Assembly: GCA_003551925.1 (NCBI GenBank)
Contig: PUOA01000076.1
Coordinates: 1 to 43,829, forward strand
Direction of reading: 5' to 3'
Length of the DNA stretch: 43,829 bases
Source of the DNA: Paracoccaceae bacterium
GTDB lineage: Bacteria; Pseudomonadota; Alphaproteobacteria; Rhodobacterales; Rhodobacteraceae
Part shown: positions 9,435 through 19,351 of the stretch, piece after piece
Numbering within the stretch: the stretch's first letter is position 1
Layout of the letters: the number at the start of each line of letters is the position of its first letter
Notes under the pieces: generated by a model
Seen by the model: the letters and a program-made list of their open reading frames with translations, nothing else
Told to the model about the DNA's origin: nothing
Database searches by the model: none
Made by a program: the position numbers and the translations under genes

Positions 9435-9489
9435 TGGTTGCGCGTTGCGCGGAACTGCGGGACACTCATCGCCCGAAAGGAGGCCCGTC

Positions 9490-9804
9490 ATGGACATCAG
9501 CCCGCGCAAGGTCGTGCACATCATCTATCAGGCTCGCGAAGGGCAGATGGCGGCAGGCGAGTTGCATGCCTTCATCGACGGGCTGAACACCGATGAGCAG
9601 GCTGCGCTGACGGCGATTGCCTGGATCGGTCGCGGCGCGTTCGAGGCCGAGGATTACGACGAAGCCGTCACCACCGCCGAGGCCGAGGCCACGACCCCCA
9701 CCGCCGACTACCTGATGGGAATGCCGCATCTGGCCGAGAATCTCGAAGCCGGGCTCGAGGCGCTGGGCGTGGACGTGACGTCCGAGGAAGAGGACTTCCT
9801 CTGA
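9490..9804 (+). CDS. DUF3775 domain small acidic protein
   Basis: SD AAGGAGG before the ATG at 9490; FIDGLN.DEQA.L.A.AWIGRG and DYLMGMPHLAENLEAGLE patterns. Confidence 0.8.
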   Translation: MDISPRKVVHIIYQAREGQMAAGELHAFIDGLNTDEQAALTAIAWIGRGAFEAEDYDEAVTTAEAEATTPTADYLMGMPHLAENLEAGLEALGVDVTSEEEDFL

Positions 9805-9808
9805 GCGC

Positions 9809-10501
9809 TCACGTCTCGGGCAGGGAGCGCCAGCGGGCTTCGAGCGTCTCGATCGCCTTGATCCGGTCTTCGGTCCTGGGGTGGCTTGCCAGCCAGACGG
9901 GAGGCGCGCCCTTGGCGCCCAGCAATCGCTCGAGCTTGCGGAACAGCGATTTTTGCGGCGCGGTGCCGATCCCGGCCTTTTCCAGCAGCGCGGCGGCGTA
10001 GGCATCGGCCTCGTATTCGTCCGACCGGCTGAGGCTTGCCGCCAGCAGCGTGGTCAGCCCGTTCGCGATCAGCACGCCAAGCCCCGGCAGGAAGCGGTTG
10101 AACACCGTCGCCAGTGCCATGCGGATCGCGTTCTGCCCGGAAAAATCGATCATCCGCCGACGCGAATGCCCCAGCGCCACATGGCCCAGCTCATGCGCGA
10201 TCACGGAGGCGAGTTCCTCGGCCGAGACCTCGCCCCGGCGATACTTGTTGTAGAACCCGCGCGTGATGAAGATCCGCCCGTCGGGGGCGGCCAGCCCGTT
10301 GACGGTGTCGGTTTCGTAGACATGCACGCGGACGTGGTCGATATCCAGGGCGCGCGCCATGCGGTCCGTCAGGCCCTTGAGCTTCGCGTCGGCCAGGAGC
10401 GTCGAGCGCGCGTTCAGCTCGCGTGAGGTGCGCCAGGCCGAAAACCAGTACATCAGCAGTGCGTAGCCGATCGCCAGCAGGATGGGGGTCAATCGCAGCA
10501 T
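9809..10501 (-). CDS. M48 family (HtpX-like) Zn metallopeptidase
   Basis: Start MLRLTPILL with an N-terminal TM segment; HELGH zinc motif, SRSDEYEAD and SHP. Confidence 0.9.
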   Translation of the reverse strand: MLRLTPILLAIGYALLMYWFSAWRTSRELNARSTLLADAKLKGLTDRMARALDIDHVRVHVYETDTVNGLAAPDGRIFITRGFYNKYRRGEVSAEELASVIAHELGHVALGHSRRRMIDFSGQNAIRMALATVFNRFLPGLGVLIANGLTTLLAASLSRSDEYEADAYAAALLEKAGIGTAPQKSLFRKLERLLGAKGAPPVWLASHPRTEDRIKAIETLEARWRSLPET

Positions 10502-10508
10502 GGGCCTG

Positions 10509-10536
10509 ATATGGGGTGGCGGCGGGGCCAAGGCAA
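10509..10536 (-). promoter_or_regulatory. Putative RpoH (sigma32)-type promoter giving a leaderless M48 peptidase mRNA
   Basis: Minus strand reads TTGCCT-N14-CCCCATAT-N7-ATG; no SD before the ATG. Confidence 0.55.
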
Positions 10537-10542
10537 TCGCAA

Positions 10543-11283
10543 TCAGCCCAGCACCAGCGTCAGCCCCAGCATCGCGGTGAAGGCCAGCGTGACGACCAGC
10601 CCCATGGTCGCGTGCTCGATCCCCTCGGTCGCCTCGGGGATCAGCTCCGAGAAGATCATCCACAGCATGGCGCCCGCCGCCAGCCCCAGCCCCACCGGCA
10701 GCCACGGCGTGAAGGTCAGCACGAACAGGAACGCGGGCACCGCCAGCAGCGGCTGCGGCAGCGACGACAGCACGCTCCACACCGCCGCCTTGGTGATCGA
10801 CGCGCCGCGCGGCACCATCACCAGCGCGATGGCGAGGCCCTCGGGGACGTTGTGCAGCGCGATGGCGATGGTGATGAAGTCGCCGAGCTCACGCCCGCCG
10901 CCATAGGCGACGCCGACGCCGATGCCCTCGGCCGCCGAATGGACCGTCATCACGCCCATGATGAGCAGGATCTTCATCGCATCCGCCCCGGTCGCGCCTG
11001 CCACGGCGATGTCGGACCCGTTCTGGAACCAGCGCTTTGCCAGCCAGATCCCGCCCAGCCCCGCCAGCAGCCCGGCGAGCGTGCGCGGGGCCGAGAACTC
11101 GAACCCCTCGACGATCAGGCTGTAGCATGCCGCCAGCATCAGCCCCGCCGCCACTGCGTTGCCCAGCGCAAGCGTGCGCGGCGTGACCGAGCGCATGAAG
11201 GCCAGCGGCACCGCGCCCAGCCCCGTGGCAAGCGCGGTGATCAGCGCGGCGATGAACACCAGCAGCGTGGTCGGATCGGACAT
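10543..11283 (-). CDS. ZIP family (ZupT/GufA-like) divalent metal transporter
   Basis: TALATGLGA, AAGLML, HSAAEG, ALHNVPEG and AAGAML...ELIPE; about 8 TM segments. Confidence 0.92.
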   Translation of the reverse strand: MSDPTTLLVFIAALITALATGLGAVPLAFMRSVTPRTLALGNAVAAGLMLAACYSLIVEGFEFSAPRTLAGLLAGLGGIWLAKRWFQNGSDIAVAGATGADAMKILLIMGVMTVHSAAEGIGVGVAYGGGRELGDFITIAIALHNVPEGLAIALVMVPRGASITKAAVWSVLSSLPQPLLAVPAFLFVLTFTPWLPVGLGLAAGAMLWMIFSELIPEATEGIEHATMGLVVTLAFTAMLGLTLVLG

Positions 11284-11296
11284 CGGCCACCCTTAT

Positions 11297-11313
11297 ATTA
11301 GAATCACTCTAAA
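11297..11313. promoter_or_regulatory. Irr-box / iron control element (ICE)-like site
   Basis: Minus strand TTTAGAGTGATTCTAAT matches the ICE consensus TTTRGAAYNRTTCYAAA with 2 mismatches. It is an AT-rich island 13 nt upstream of the ZIP start codon. Confidence 0.6.
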
Positions 11314-11415
11314 CTATACCGCCGCGCTTGCGATGCAAGCCTCCGCAGGCGCAGGCTGGCCTTTCCCTTCGCCCGCCGGGGCGCTAAACACCGCCGCGAC
11401 GCAGGAGGGTTCACG

Positions 11416-14184
11416 ATGGACAAGACATTCGACGCCGCCGAGGCCGAAGCCCGAATCTCCGCGCTGTGGGAACAGGCAGGCGCCTTCCGTGCCGGCGCCA
11501 ACGCCTCGCGCGATGACACCTTCTGCATCATGATCCCGCCGCCCAACGTGACGGGCTCGTTGCACATGGGGCACGCTTTCAACAACACGCTGCAGGACAT
11601 CCTTGTGCGCTGGCACCGCATGCGCGGCTTCGACACGCTGTGGCAGCCAGGGCAGGACCATGCGGGCATCGCCACGCAGATGGTCGTCGAACGGGAACTG
11701 GCGCGCGAAGGCAAGCGGCGGACCGATTTCACGCGAGAGGAGTTTCTGGCGAAGGTCTGGGACTGGAAGCGCCAGTCGGGCGGCACCATCATCGGCCAGT
11801 TGCAGCGGTTGGGCGCGTCCTGCGACTGGTCGCGCAACGCCTTTACCATGTCCGGCGCGCCCGGCGCGCCCGAAGGTGAGGACGGGAATTTCCATGATGC
11901 GGTGATCCGCGTCTTTGTGGATATGTTCGAAAAGGGCTACATCTACCGCGGAAAAAGGTTGGTCAACTGGGACCCGCATTTCGAAACTGCCATTTCCGAT
12001 CTGGAGGTCGAGCAGGTCGAGGTCGATGGCCAGATGTGGCGGTTGCGCTATCCGCTGGCCGACGGGCTGACCTATGAGCACCCGGTGGCGTGGGACGAGG
12101 ACGGCGCCGTCACCCAGACCGAGACCCGCGACTATCTGGTCGTCGCCACCACCCGCCCCGAGACAATGCTGGGCGACACCGGCATCGCCGTGCACCCCGA
12201 CGACCCGCGCTATCGCCATCTGATCGGGCGCGACGCGCTCCTGCCGCTGGTGGGCCGGCGGCTGAAGATCGTCGCCGACGCCTATGCCGACCCCGCCAAG
12301 GGCACCGGCGCGGTCAAGATGACGCCCGCGCATGACTTCAACGACTGGGAGGTCGGCCAGCGCCAGTCCCTGCGCGCGATCAACGTCATGAACCGCCGCG
12401 CCGGCATGGCGCTGGCGGGCAATGCCGACTTCGCCGAAGGCTGCGACCCCGACGCCATCGCCCGGCTGGTCGAGGCGCTGGACGGTGCCGACCGCTACGA
12501 GGCGCGCGACTGGATCGTCCAGACCGCCCGCGCCGAAGGCTGGCTCGACGGGATCGACCCCGACCGCCACATGGTCCCGCATGGCGACCGCTCGAAGGTC
12601 GCGATCGAGCCCTACCTGACCGATCAATGGTTCGTCGACACCGCGAAGATCGTGCAACCGGCGATCGACGCCGTCCGCCAGGGCCGCACCCGCATCCTGC
12701 CCGAAAGCCACGAGAAGGTGTATTTCCACTGGCTCGAGAACATCGAGCCCTGGTGCATCTCGCGCCAGCTGTGGTGGGGCCATCAGATCCCGGTGTGGTA
12801 TGACGCCGATGGCAACCAGTATTGCGCGCCGACCGAGGCCGAGGCGCAGGCGCAGGCGCCAGGGCGGACATTGACCCGCGATGCGGACGTCCTCGACACC
12901 TGGTTCTCCTCGGGGCTGTGGCCCATCGGCACGCTGGGCTGGCCCGAGGACACGCCCGAATTGCGCCGCTACTTCCCCACCGATGTGCTGGTCACGGGGT
13001 TTGACATCATCTTCTTCTGGGTTGCCCGGATGATGATGATGCAGCTGGCCGTTGTTGAAAAAGAACCCTTCCACACCGTCTATGTCCACGCCCTCGTCCG
13101 CGACGAGAAGGGCAAGAAGATGTCAAAGTCGCTGGGCAACGTGCTGGACCCGCTCGATCTTATCGACGAATTCGGCGCCGATGCGGTGCGGTTCACGCTG
13201 GCGTCGATGGCGGCGATGGGCAGGGATCTGAAACTTTCCAAGGACCGGGTGGCGGGGTATCGCAACTTCACCACCAAGCTGTGGAACGCCACGCGCTTTG
13301 CGCAGATGAACGGCGTGTTCGAGGCGGGCGTGCCGCAATCGGCCACCCCGCCCGCCGCCGCGCATGCCGTCAACCGCTGGATCATCGGCGAGACCGCGCG
13401 CATCCGCGCGCAGGTCGACGACGCGCTGGCGGCGTATCGGTTCAACGACGCCGCAAACGGGCTTTACGCGCATGTCTGGGGCAAGGTCTGCGACTGGTAT
13501 GTGGAATTCGCCAAACCGCTGATGGATGGCGCGCATGCCGCCGAGACCCGCGCGACCATGCGCTGGGTGCTCGACCAGTGCTACGTGCTGCTGCACCCGT
13601 TCATGCCCTTCGTGACCGAGGAGCTGTGGTCGCTCACCGGCCCGCGCGCGAAGCTGCTGGTGCACGCCGACTGGCCCAAGCATGGCCCCGAGCTGATCGA
13701 CGCCGAGGCCGACCGCGAGCTCAACTGGGTGATCGCGCTGATCGAGGCGATCCGCTCGGCCCGCACGCAGCTGCGCGTGCCGGTGGGGCTGAAGCTGCAC
13801 ATGGTGCAGTTGGCGCTTGACGACGCGGGCCGCAGCGCGTGGGCGCGCAACGCGCCGATGATCCGCCGGCTTGCGCGGATCGAGTCGCTGTCCGAGGCTG
13901 ACGCCCCCCCGCGAGGCGCGGTGACCATCGCGGTCGAGGGCGGCACCTTCGCGCTGCCGCTCGACGGCGTGATCGACATCGCCGCCGAGCGCGCGCGGCT
14001 CGAAAAGACCGTGGCCAGGGCCGACAAGGAGCTCGGCGCGCTGCGCGGGCGGCTGGGCAACGCGAAGTTCGTCGCCAGCGCGCCCGAGGAGGTGGTCGAG
14101 GAGACGCGCGAGAAGGCCGCCGCGTTGGAAGCCGATATCGAAAAACTGAAAGCGGCGCTGATGCGGATTTCCGAGTTGGGCTGA
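11416..14184 (+). CDS. valS: Valine--tRNA ligase
   Basis: [36 protein letters not shown] and a C-terminal coiled-coil arm. Confidence 0.99.
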   Translation: MDKTFDAAEAEARISALWEQAGAFRAGANASRDDTFCIMIPPPNVTGSLHMGHAFNNTLQDILVRWHRMRGFDTLWQPGQDHAGIATQMVVERELAREGKRRTDFTREEFLAKVWDWKRQSGGTIIGQLQRLGASCDWSRNAFTMSGAPGAPEGEDGNFHDAVIRVFVDMFEKGYIYRGKRLVNWDPHFETAISDLEVEQVEVDGQMWRLRYPLADGLTYEHPVAWDEDGAVTQTETRDYLVVATTRPETMLGDTGIAVHPDDPRYRHLIGRDALLPLVGRRLKIVADAYADPAKGTGAVKMTPAHDFNDWEVGQRQSLRAINVMNRRAGMALAGNADFAEGCDPDAIARLVEALDGADRYEARDWIVQTARAEGWLDGIDPDRHMVPHGDRSKVAIEPYLTDQWFVDTAKIVQPAIDAVRQGRTRILPESHEKVYFHWLENIEPWCISRQLWWGHQIPVWYDADGNQYCAPTEAEAQAQAPGRTLTRDADVLDTWFSSGLWPIGTLGWPEDTPELRRYFPTDVLVTGFDIIFFWVARMMMMQLAVVEKEPFHTVYVHALVRDEKGKKMSKSLGNVLDPLDLIDEFGADAVRFTLASMAAMGRDLKLSKDRVAGYRNFTTKLWNATRFAQMNGVFEAGVPQSATPPAAAHAVNRWIIGETARIRAQVDDALAAYRFNDAANGLYAHVWGKVCDWYVEFAKPLMDGAHAAETRATMRWVLDQCYVLLHPFMPFVTEELWSLTGPRAKLLVHADWPKHGPELIDAEADRELNWVIALIEAIRSARTQLRVPVGLKLHMVQLALDDAGRSAWARNAPMIRRLARIESLSEADAPPRGAVTIAVEGGTFALPLDGVIDIAAERARLEKTVARADKELGALRGRLGNAKFVASAPEEVVEETREKAAALEADIEKLKAALMRISELG

Positions 14185-14188
14185 GCGC

Positions 14189-15181
14189 TCAGACCCGCGC
14201 GGCGTTGGTTTTCGCCGCCAGCGTCCCCTTCGCCCAGGCCTGCAACACCTTGAACGCAATGGCAGGCACCGCCAATGTGCCCGCCACCAGCAGCGCCCCG
14301 CCCAGCCAAGCCGCCCCCGGCACGCCGCCCAGCCCGAGGAACGCGGTGGCGGCAGCGCTGATCGGAAAGGTGAACGCGCCCCAGAGGGCTGAGAACCCGG
14401 CCTGGGTGATCCATCGCGCCGAGGCCAGCAGCGCCAGCAGCAACCCCAGCGCGAGCACTGCGAAGCCGGTCGCGACCCCGTGCAACCCCAACTGCGTGGC
14501 GGTGATCGCGAACACGCTGGCGGGTGCCAGGTGGATCGCCAGCAACGGGCGCAGCGGGGCGGGGGGGATGCGCCGGACGAGTTGCACCGCGCTGGTCGCC
14601 CAGATCGCCGTGGCCACTGCGACCGTGAGCCAGAACACCGCCAGCGCCGGCGCTTCGTATCCCAGCGGCACAGCTGCGATGGTCGCCAGGATAGGCCCTG
14701 CGAAGATCAGGTGAAAGGCCGGGGTCACGACCCGCCCCTCGGCCGGGCCGCCCAGCAGCACCACGGCCACCAGCACGATGACAAGCAGGTGCGCGGCAAG
14801 GCCCAGCCCCAGCACACCCGCCGCCAGCGATGGCGCCAGCGGCGCCAGCGCCGCCGCCAGCAGCATGACGGCGCCCGTCATCGCGGCAAGCCCGGTGCGG
14901 CCGGGCAGGGCGCGCATCTCGTCGATGACCACCGCCGGGCGGCGCAGGGGTTTGGACAGCCACGCCACCGCGCAGAAGCCAAGCAGCGCCGCTCCCGCGC
15001 CCAGGATCAACTCGCCGATCCCTTCGGGCGCGCCCAGCCGTTCGGCCGCCACGCGCCAGCCCAGCCCCAGCCCCATCAGCCCCAGCAGCGGCGGGAACAC
15101 CGCCGGCGGGGTGTCGGCCCAGCGTGCCGGTGGCGGCGGGGTCAGCGGGGGCGGCATCGGGCGGCGGGGCGGTTGGCTCAT
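14189..15181 (-). CDS. TDT/SLAC1 family anion channel or exporter (tellurite-resistance/SSU1-like)
   Basis: PPAVFPPLLGLMGLGLGWR, LRPLLAIHLAP and FSALWGAFTFP; about 10 TM segments. Confidence 0.8.
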   Translation of the reverse strand: MSQPPRRPMPPPLTPPPPARWADTPPAVFPPLLGLMGLGLGWRVAAERLGAPEGIGELILGAGAALLGFCAVAWLSKPLRRPAVVIDEMRALPGRTGLAAMTGAVMLLAAALAPLAPSLAAGVLGLGLAAHLLVIVLVAVVLLGGPAEGRVVTPAFHLIFAGPILATIAAVPLGYEAPALAVFWLTVAVATAIWATSAVQLVRRIPPAPLRPLLAIHLAPASVFAITATQLGLHGVATGFAVLALGLLLALLASARWITQAGFSALWGAFTFPISAAATAFLGLGGVPGAAWLGGALLVAGTLAVPAIAFKVLQAWAKGTLAAKTNAARV

Positions 15182-15214
15182 GCTGGGTGCGACCGTTCGT
15201 CGGACTGGAAAACC

Positions 15215-15232
15215 TATTCACGCTCTGGCATA
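15215..15232. promoter_or_regulatory. Putative SqrR/BigR (ArsR family) operator
   Basis: TATTC-acgctctg-GCATA, i.e. ATTC-N8-GAAT with one mismatch, in the divergent TDT/rhodanese spacer. Confidence 0.4.
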
Positions 15233-15274
15233 TGTGCGGGCAAGGGACAATGGGTAACAGACAAGGGGACCCGC

Positions 15275-15694
15275 ATGCCGAAACCGATTCTGACGGCGCT
15301 TGCCGTGCTCCTGATGCTGCTGCCCTCCGCGTCGCTGGCGCAGCGCGTGCTGCAAACCGCCATGCCCGCCGAGGCGCTGGCCGAGACCTCGGCGCTGGTG
15401 GTCGACATCCGCGCGCCGCATGAGTGGGTCGAGACCGGCGTGCTGCCCAACGCGCTGCTGCTGACCTTCACCAACCCCGCCGAGTTCATGCGCGAATTGC
15501 AGGCGCATCTGGAGCCCGGCCAGCCGGTGATGCTGGTCTGCCGCACCGGCAACCGCACCGCACGCGCCGCCGCTGCCATTGCCCCGCACATGCCGGTGCC
15601 GGTGATCGACGTGCAGGGTGGCATCATGCGGATGATCGCCGACGGCTACAGCCCCGACACGCCGACCCGCGCGCAGGGCTGCACCGTCTGCTGA
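15275..15694 (+). CDS. Exported single-domain rhodanese (sulfurtransferase) with C-terminal CxxC
   Basis: Signal peptide MPKPILTALAVLLMLLPSASLA; VVDIR.P.EW..TG..P.A; active-site loop CRTGNR; GG motif; ends in CTVC. Confidence 0.85.
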   Translation: MPKPILTALAVLLMLLPSASLAQRVLQTAMPAEALAETSALVVDIRAPHEWVETGVLPNALLLTFTNPAEFMRELQAHLEPGQPVMLVCRTGNRTARAAAAIAPHMPVPVIDVQGGIMRMIADGYSPDTPTRAQGCTVC

Positions 15695-15701
15695 GCGCGG
15701 C

Positions 15702-16163
15702 TCACAGCGCGCGCACGGCCTCGAGCACCTCGTCCACATGGCCGGGGACCTTGACCTTGCGCCACACGCGCGCGATCTGCCCGTCGCCGTCGATCAGGAA
15801 GGTCGCGCGCTCGATCCCCATGTATTTCTTGCCATACATGGATTTCTCGACCCAGACGCCGTAGCTTTCGCACACGTCGCCGCCCTCGTCCGAGACCAGC
15901 GCGACCTTCAGCCCGTGCTTGGCCACGAACCTGTCGTGCTTGGCGACGCTGTCCCTGGACACACCGATCACCTGCGCGCCGGCGGCGGCGAAGTCCTCGG
16001 CGGCTTCGGTGAAGCCCAGCGCCTCCTTGGTGCAGCCCGAGGTGTCGTCCTTGGGGTAGAAATACAGCACCACCCTGGCGGGGCGCAGCGCCGACAGGGT
16101 CAGCTCGCCGCCGCCGTCGCGGGGCAGGGTGAAATCGGGGGCGGTGTCGCCGGTCTCGGGCAT
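15702..16163 (-). CDS. bcp: Peroxiredoxin BCP/PrxQ
   Basis: LYFYPKDDTSGCTKEA, KSMYGKKYMGIERATF and VKVPGH. Confidence 0.95.
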   Translation of the reverse strand: MPETGDTAPDFTLPRDGGGELTLSALRPARVVLYFYPKDDTSGCTKEALGFTEAAEDFAAAGAQVIGVSRDSVAKHDRFVAKHGLKVALVSDEGGDVCESYGVWVEKSMYGKKYMGIERATFLIDGDGQIARVWRKVKVPGHVDEVLEAVRAL

Positions 16164-16256
16164 GTGATATCCTCACTGTTGCGTGTTCCGTTTTCTGTTG
16201 TAGCGGCGCCGGCGCGGAGATAAAGGCCGATCGCCAAGCGACCCCCTCGGTGCCCC

Positions 16257-17330
16257 ATGAAGCTGTCCGACTTCGACTTCGACCTGCCCGAGGCGCTGAT
16301 CGCCACGCGCCCCGTCCGCCCGCGCCCCGCCGCGCGGCTGCTGGTGGCCGAGGGCGCAGCGATCGCCGACCACCATGTGCGCGATCTTCCCGACCTGCTG
16401 CGCGCGGGCGACCGGCTGGTGCTGAACAACACCCGCGTGATCCCCGCGCGGCTGGACGGGGTGCGCCGCCGCGACACCGCGCAGGGGCCGGTCGAGGCGC
16501 GGGTCGAGGTCACGCTGATCGCCCCCACCCCGGCGGGCGACTGGCGCGCGCTGGCGCGGCCGCTGCGCAAGTTGCAGGCAGGCGATCGGATCGCGTTTTC
16601 CGACCGGCTGGACGCGGTGGTGACCGAGCGCCGCGCCGATGAGGCCGTGCTGCGCTTCACCCAGACCGGGGCCGATTTCGACGCCGCGCTGGCCGAGGCC
16701 GGGCAGATGCCGCTGCCCCCCTACATCGCCGGGCGCCGCGCCGCCGACGACCGCGACCGCGACGATTACCAGACGGTCTTTGCCACGCAGCCCGGCGCGG
16801 TCGCCGCGCCCACAGCATCGCTGCATTTCGACGACGAGCTGCTGGCCACCCTGCGCGCGCGCGGCGTCACCATGACCGAGGTCACGCTGCATGTCGGCGC
16901 GGGCACCTTCCTGCCGGTCAAGGCTGACGACGTGCGCGACCACCGCATGCACGCCGAATGGGGCCAGATCGGCGCCCGCGCCGCCGATCAGATCAACGCC
17001 ACCCGCGCCGCCGGTGGCCGGATCATCCCGGTGGGGACGACCGCGCTGCGGCTGATCGAATCCGCCGCGGACGAGGCCGGCCGGCTGACGCCCTGGACCG
17101 GCGAGACCGACATCTTCATCACCCCGGGCTACCGGTTCCGGATCACCGACGCGCTGATGACCAATTTCCACCTGCCGAAATCGACGCTGATGATGCTGGT
17201 CGCCGCGCTGATGGGCCCCGAGCGCATCCGCCGCGTCTATGACCACGCCATCGCCGGGGGCTACCGGTTCTTCTCCTACGGCGACGCATCGCTGCTGATC
17301 CCCGCTGCCAACCCCGAGGTGCGCGCATGA
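16257..17330 (+). CDS. queA: SAM:tRNA ribosyltransferase-isomerase
   Basis: [47 protein letters not shown] and YRFFSYGD. Confidence 0.99.
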   Translation: MKLSDFDFDLPEALIATRPVRPRPAARLLVAEGAAIADHHVRDLPDLLRAGDRLVLNNTRVIPARLDGVRRRDTAQGPVEARVEVTLIAPTPAGDWRALARPLRKLQAGDRIAFSDRLDAVVTERRADEAVLRFTQTGADFDAALAEAGQMPLPPYIAGRRAADDRDRDDYQTVFATQPGAVAAPTASLHFDDELLATLRARGVTMTEVTLHVGAGTFLPVKADDVRDHRMHAEWGQIGARAADQINATRAAGGRIIPVGTTALRLIESAADEAGRLTPWTGETDIFITPGYRFRITDALMTNFHLPKSTLMMLVAALMGPERIRRVYDHAIAGGYRFFSYGDASLLIPAANPEVRA

Positions 17331-18574
17331 TCCGGGTCTTCGCGGCATCCTGGCCGCTTCTGCTGGGCATGCTTCTGCTGATGATCGGCAACGGCATCCA
17401 GGGCACGCTGCTGGGCATCCGCGGCAATCTGGAAGGGTTCAGCACGCAGCAGATGTCCTTCGTGATGTCGGCCTATTTCCTGGGCTTCCTGCTGGGCTCG
17501 CGCATCGCGCCCGATCTGATCCGGCGCGTGGGGCATGTGCGCGTGTTCGCGGCGCTGGGCTCGCTGATCTCGGCGGTGCTGATCCTCTATGCGGCGATCC
17601 CCGACTGGGTGGCGTGGGTGGTGCTGCGCATGGTGATCGGCTTCTGCTTTGCAGGCGTCTACGTCACCGCCGAAAGCTGGCTGAACAATGCGGCCACGAA
17701 CGACACCCGCGGGCAGACGCTGTCGCTCTACATGATCGTGCAGATGGCGGGGATCGTGTCGGCGCAGGGGCTGGTGAACGTCGCCGACCCCGAGGGCTTC
17801 CTGCTGTTCGTGATCCCGTCGGTGCTGGTGTCGCTGGCCTTCATGCCGATCCTGCTGTCGATCAGCCCCGCGCCCGCCTTCGGCACCACGAAGCGTATGA
17901 GCTTCCTGCGGCTCTACCAGGTCTCGCCGCTGGGGGTGGTCGGGATCCTGCTGATGGGCGGGGTCTATTCGGCGCTGTTCGGCATGGCCGCCGTCTGGGG
18001 CGCCGAGGCCGGGTTGAGCATCCCCGAGATCACCGCCTTCGTCGCCGCAATCTATATCGGCGGGCTGGTGTTCCAGTATCCCATCGGGTTCCTGTCCGAC
18101 CGAATGGACCGCCGCGTGCTGATCCTGGTCACGGCTGCGTCGGGCGCGGTGATCGGCGTCGCAACGGCGGTCGTGGTGGTGCCGTTCGCGGCGCTTCTGG
18201 CGGTCGCGGTGGTGATTGGCGGCATCTCCAACCCGCTCTATTCGCTGCTGCTGGCCTACACCAACGACTATCTGGAGCATGACGAGATGGCCGCGGCCTC
18301 GGGCGGGTTGATGTTCACCAACGGGCTGGGCGCGGTGGTGGGGCCGGTGATCATCGGCTGGACGATGGCGGCGATCGGGCCGGGCGGCTTCTTCCTGTTC
18401 ATCGGGGTGCTGACCGGGCTGCTGGCGCTTTACGCTGCGTGGCGGATGACCCGGCGGCCGGCACCCAGCGCCGACACCACCGGCACGTTCACCCCCGTCA
18501 GCCCTGCCACCACGGTCGTCGCCTACGAGGCGGTGCTCGAGGCGCAGGACGACCCCGATACCGACACGCCGTGA
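17327..18574 (+). CDS. MFS transporter (YcaD-like)
   Basis: 12 TM segments; RRVGHVR, AESWLN and LSDRMDRR; ATGA overlap with queA. Confidence 0.9.
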   Translation: MIRVFAASWPLLLGMLLLMIGNGIQGTLLGIRGNLEGFSTQQMSFVMSAYFLGFLLGSRIAPDLIRRVGHVRVFAALGSLISAVLILYAAIPDWVAWVVLRMVIGFCFAGVYVTAESWLNNAATNDTRGQTLSLYMIVQMAGIVSAQGLVNVADPEGFLLFVIPSVLVSLAFMPILLSISPAPAFGTTKRMSFLRLYQVSPLGVVGILLMGGVYSALFGMAAVWGAEAGLSIPEITAFVAAIYIGGLVFQYPIGFLSDRMDRRVLILVTAASGAVIGVATAVVVVPFAALLAVAVVIGGISNPLYSLLLAYTNDYLEHDEMAAASGGLMFTNGLGAVVGPVIIGWTMAAIGPGGFFLFIGVLTGLLALYAAWRMTRRPAPSADTTGTFTPVSPATTVVAYEAVLEAQDDPDTDTP

Positions 18575-18687
18575 TCCGCAGCAGGATCAGCAAAGCCTTG
18601 CCGATAACACCGACGCGACCAGCACGATTGTTGCGCGGTGACCGCGGTGCTGGCACGATGTAGCGCGCAACACACCGGGAGCAAACG

Positions 18688-19266
18688 ATGGAAACCGCCG
18701 AACAGGTCCTGAAATTCTGGCTCGAAGAGGTCGGGCCACAGCGTTGGTATGAAAGCTCGCCCGAGCTGGACGCCGAGATCCGCGCGCGGTTCCTTGGCGC
18801 GTGGGAAAAGGCGCGCGTGTGCCGGCTGTCGCATTGGCAGAGCAACCCGCGCGGCGCGCTGGCCTATCTGATCGTGACCGACCAGCTCCCGCGCAACATG
18901 TTCCGCGGGCAGGCGCGCGCCTTCGACACCGACGAGATCGCGCTGAAGGCCGCGATCCGCGCCTGCCATCACGGGCTGGACCTGCAGATCCCCGAGCCCG
19001 AGCGGCAGTTCTTCTATCTGCCGCTGATGCACTCGGAAAGCCCGTTCGATCAGGATCGCTGCGTGCGCATGTTCCTGACGCGAATGCCGGAGACAGGCGC
19101 GCAGAACCTGCTGCACGCGCGCGCGCATCGCCAGGTGATCCGCGATTTCGGCCGCTTTCCGTATCGCAACGAGGCGCTGTCGCGCGCCAACACCGCGCGC
19201 GAGGAGCGCTTCCTGCAGCAGGGCGGTTATGGCGAGACGGTGCGCGCCCTGCAGGCGGCGGCCTGA
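18688..19266 (+). CDS. DUF924 family protein
   Basis: VLKFW, DQLPRNMFRG, RQFFYLPLMHSE and FGRFPYRN. Confidence 0.9.
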   Translation: METAEQVLKFWLEEVGPQRWYESSPELDAEIRARFLGAWEKARVCRLSHWQSNPRGALAYLIVTDQLPRNMFRGQARAFDTDEIALKAAIRACHHGLDLQIPEPERQFFYLPLMHSESPFDQDRCVRMFLTRMPETGAQNLLHARAHRQVIRDFGRFPYRNEALSRANTAREERFLQQGGYGETVRALQAAA

Positions 19267-19302
19267 GCGCCGGGCGCTGCGGCCGGGCGCCGCCGTTGCG
19301 TG

Positions 19303-19342
19303 CCCGGTCAATATAGTTTAATGCCAAACTATCTTGACCGGG
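19303..19342. promoter_or_regulatory. 17-bp inverted repeat immediately upstream of lpdA (operator or RNA hairpin)
   Basis: CCCGGTCAATATAGTTT-aatgcc-AAACTATCTTGACCGGG, 16/17 complementary; the right arm overlaps the GGAG SD at 19341-19344. Confidence 0.7.
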
Positions 19343-19351
19343 AGAAATGGA

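Noticed and set aside
18619-18672. Crossing helices upstream of the DUF924 gene (CCAGCAC/GTGCTGG and TGTTGCGCG/CGCGCAACA), switch- or pseudoknot-like
   Set aside because: 7-9 bp GC-rich complementarity is plausible by chance, and there is no terminator or SD occlusion to support a function.
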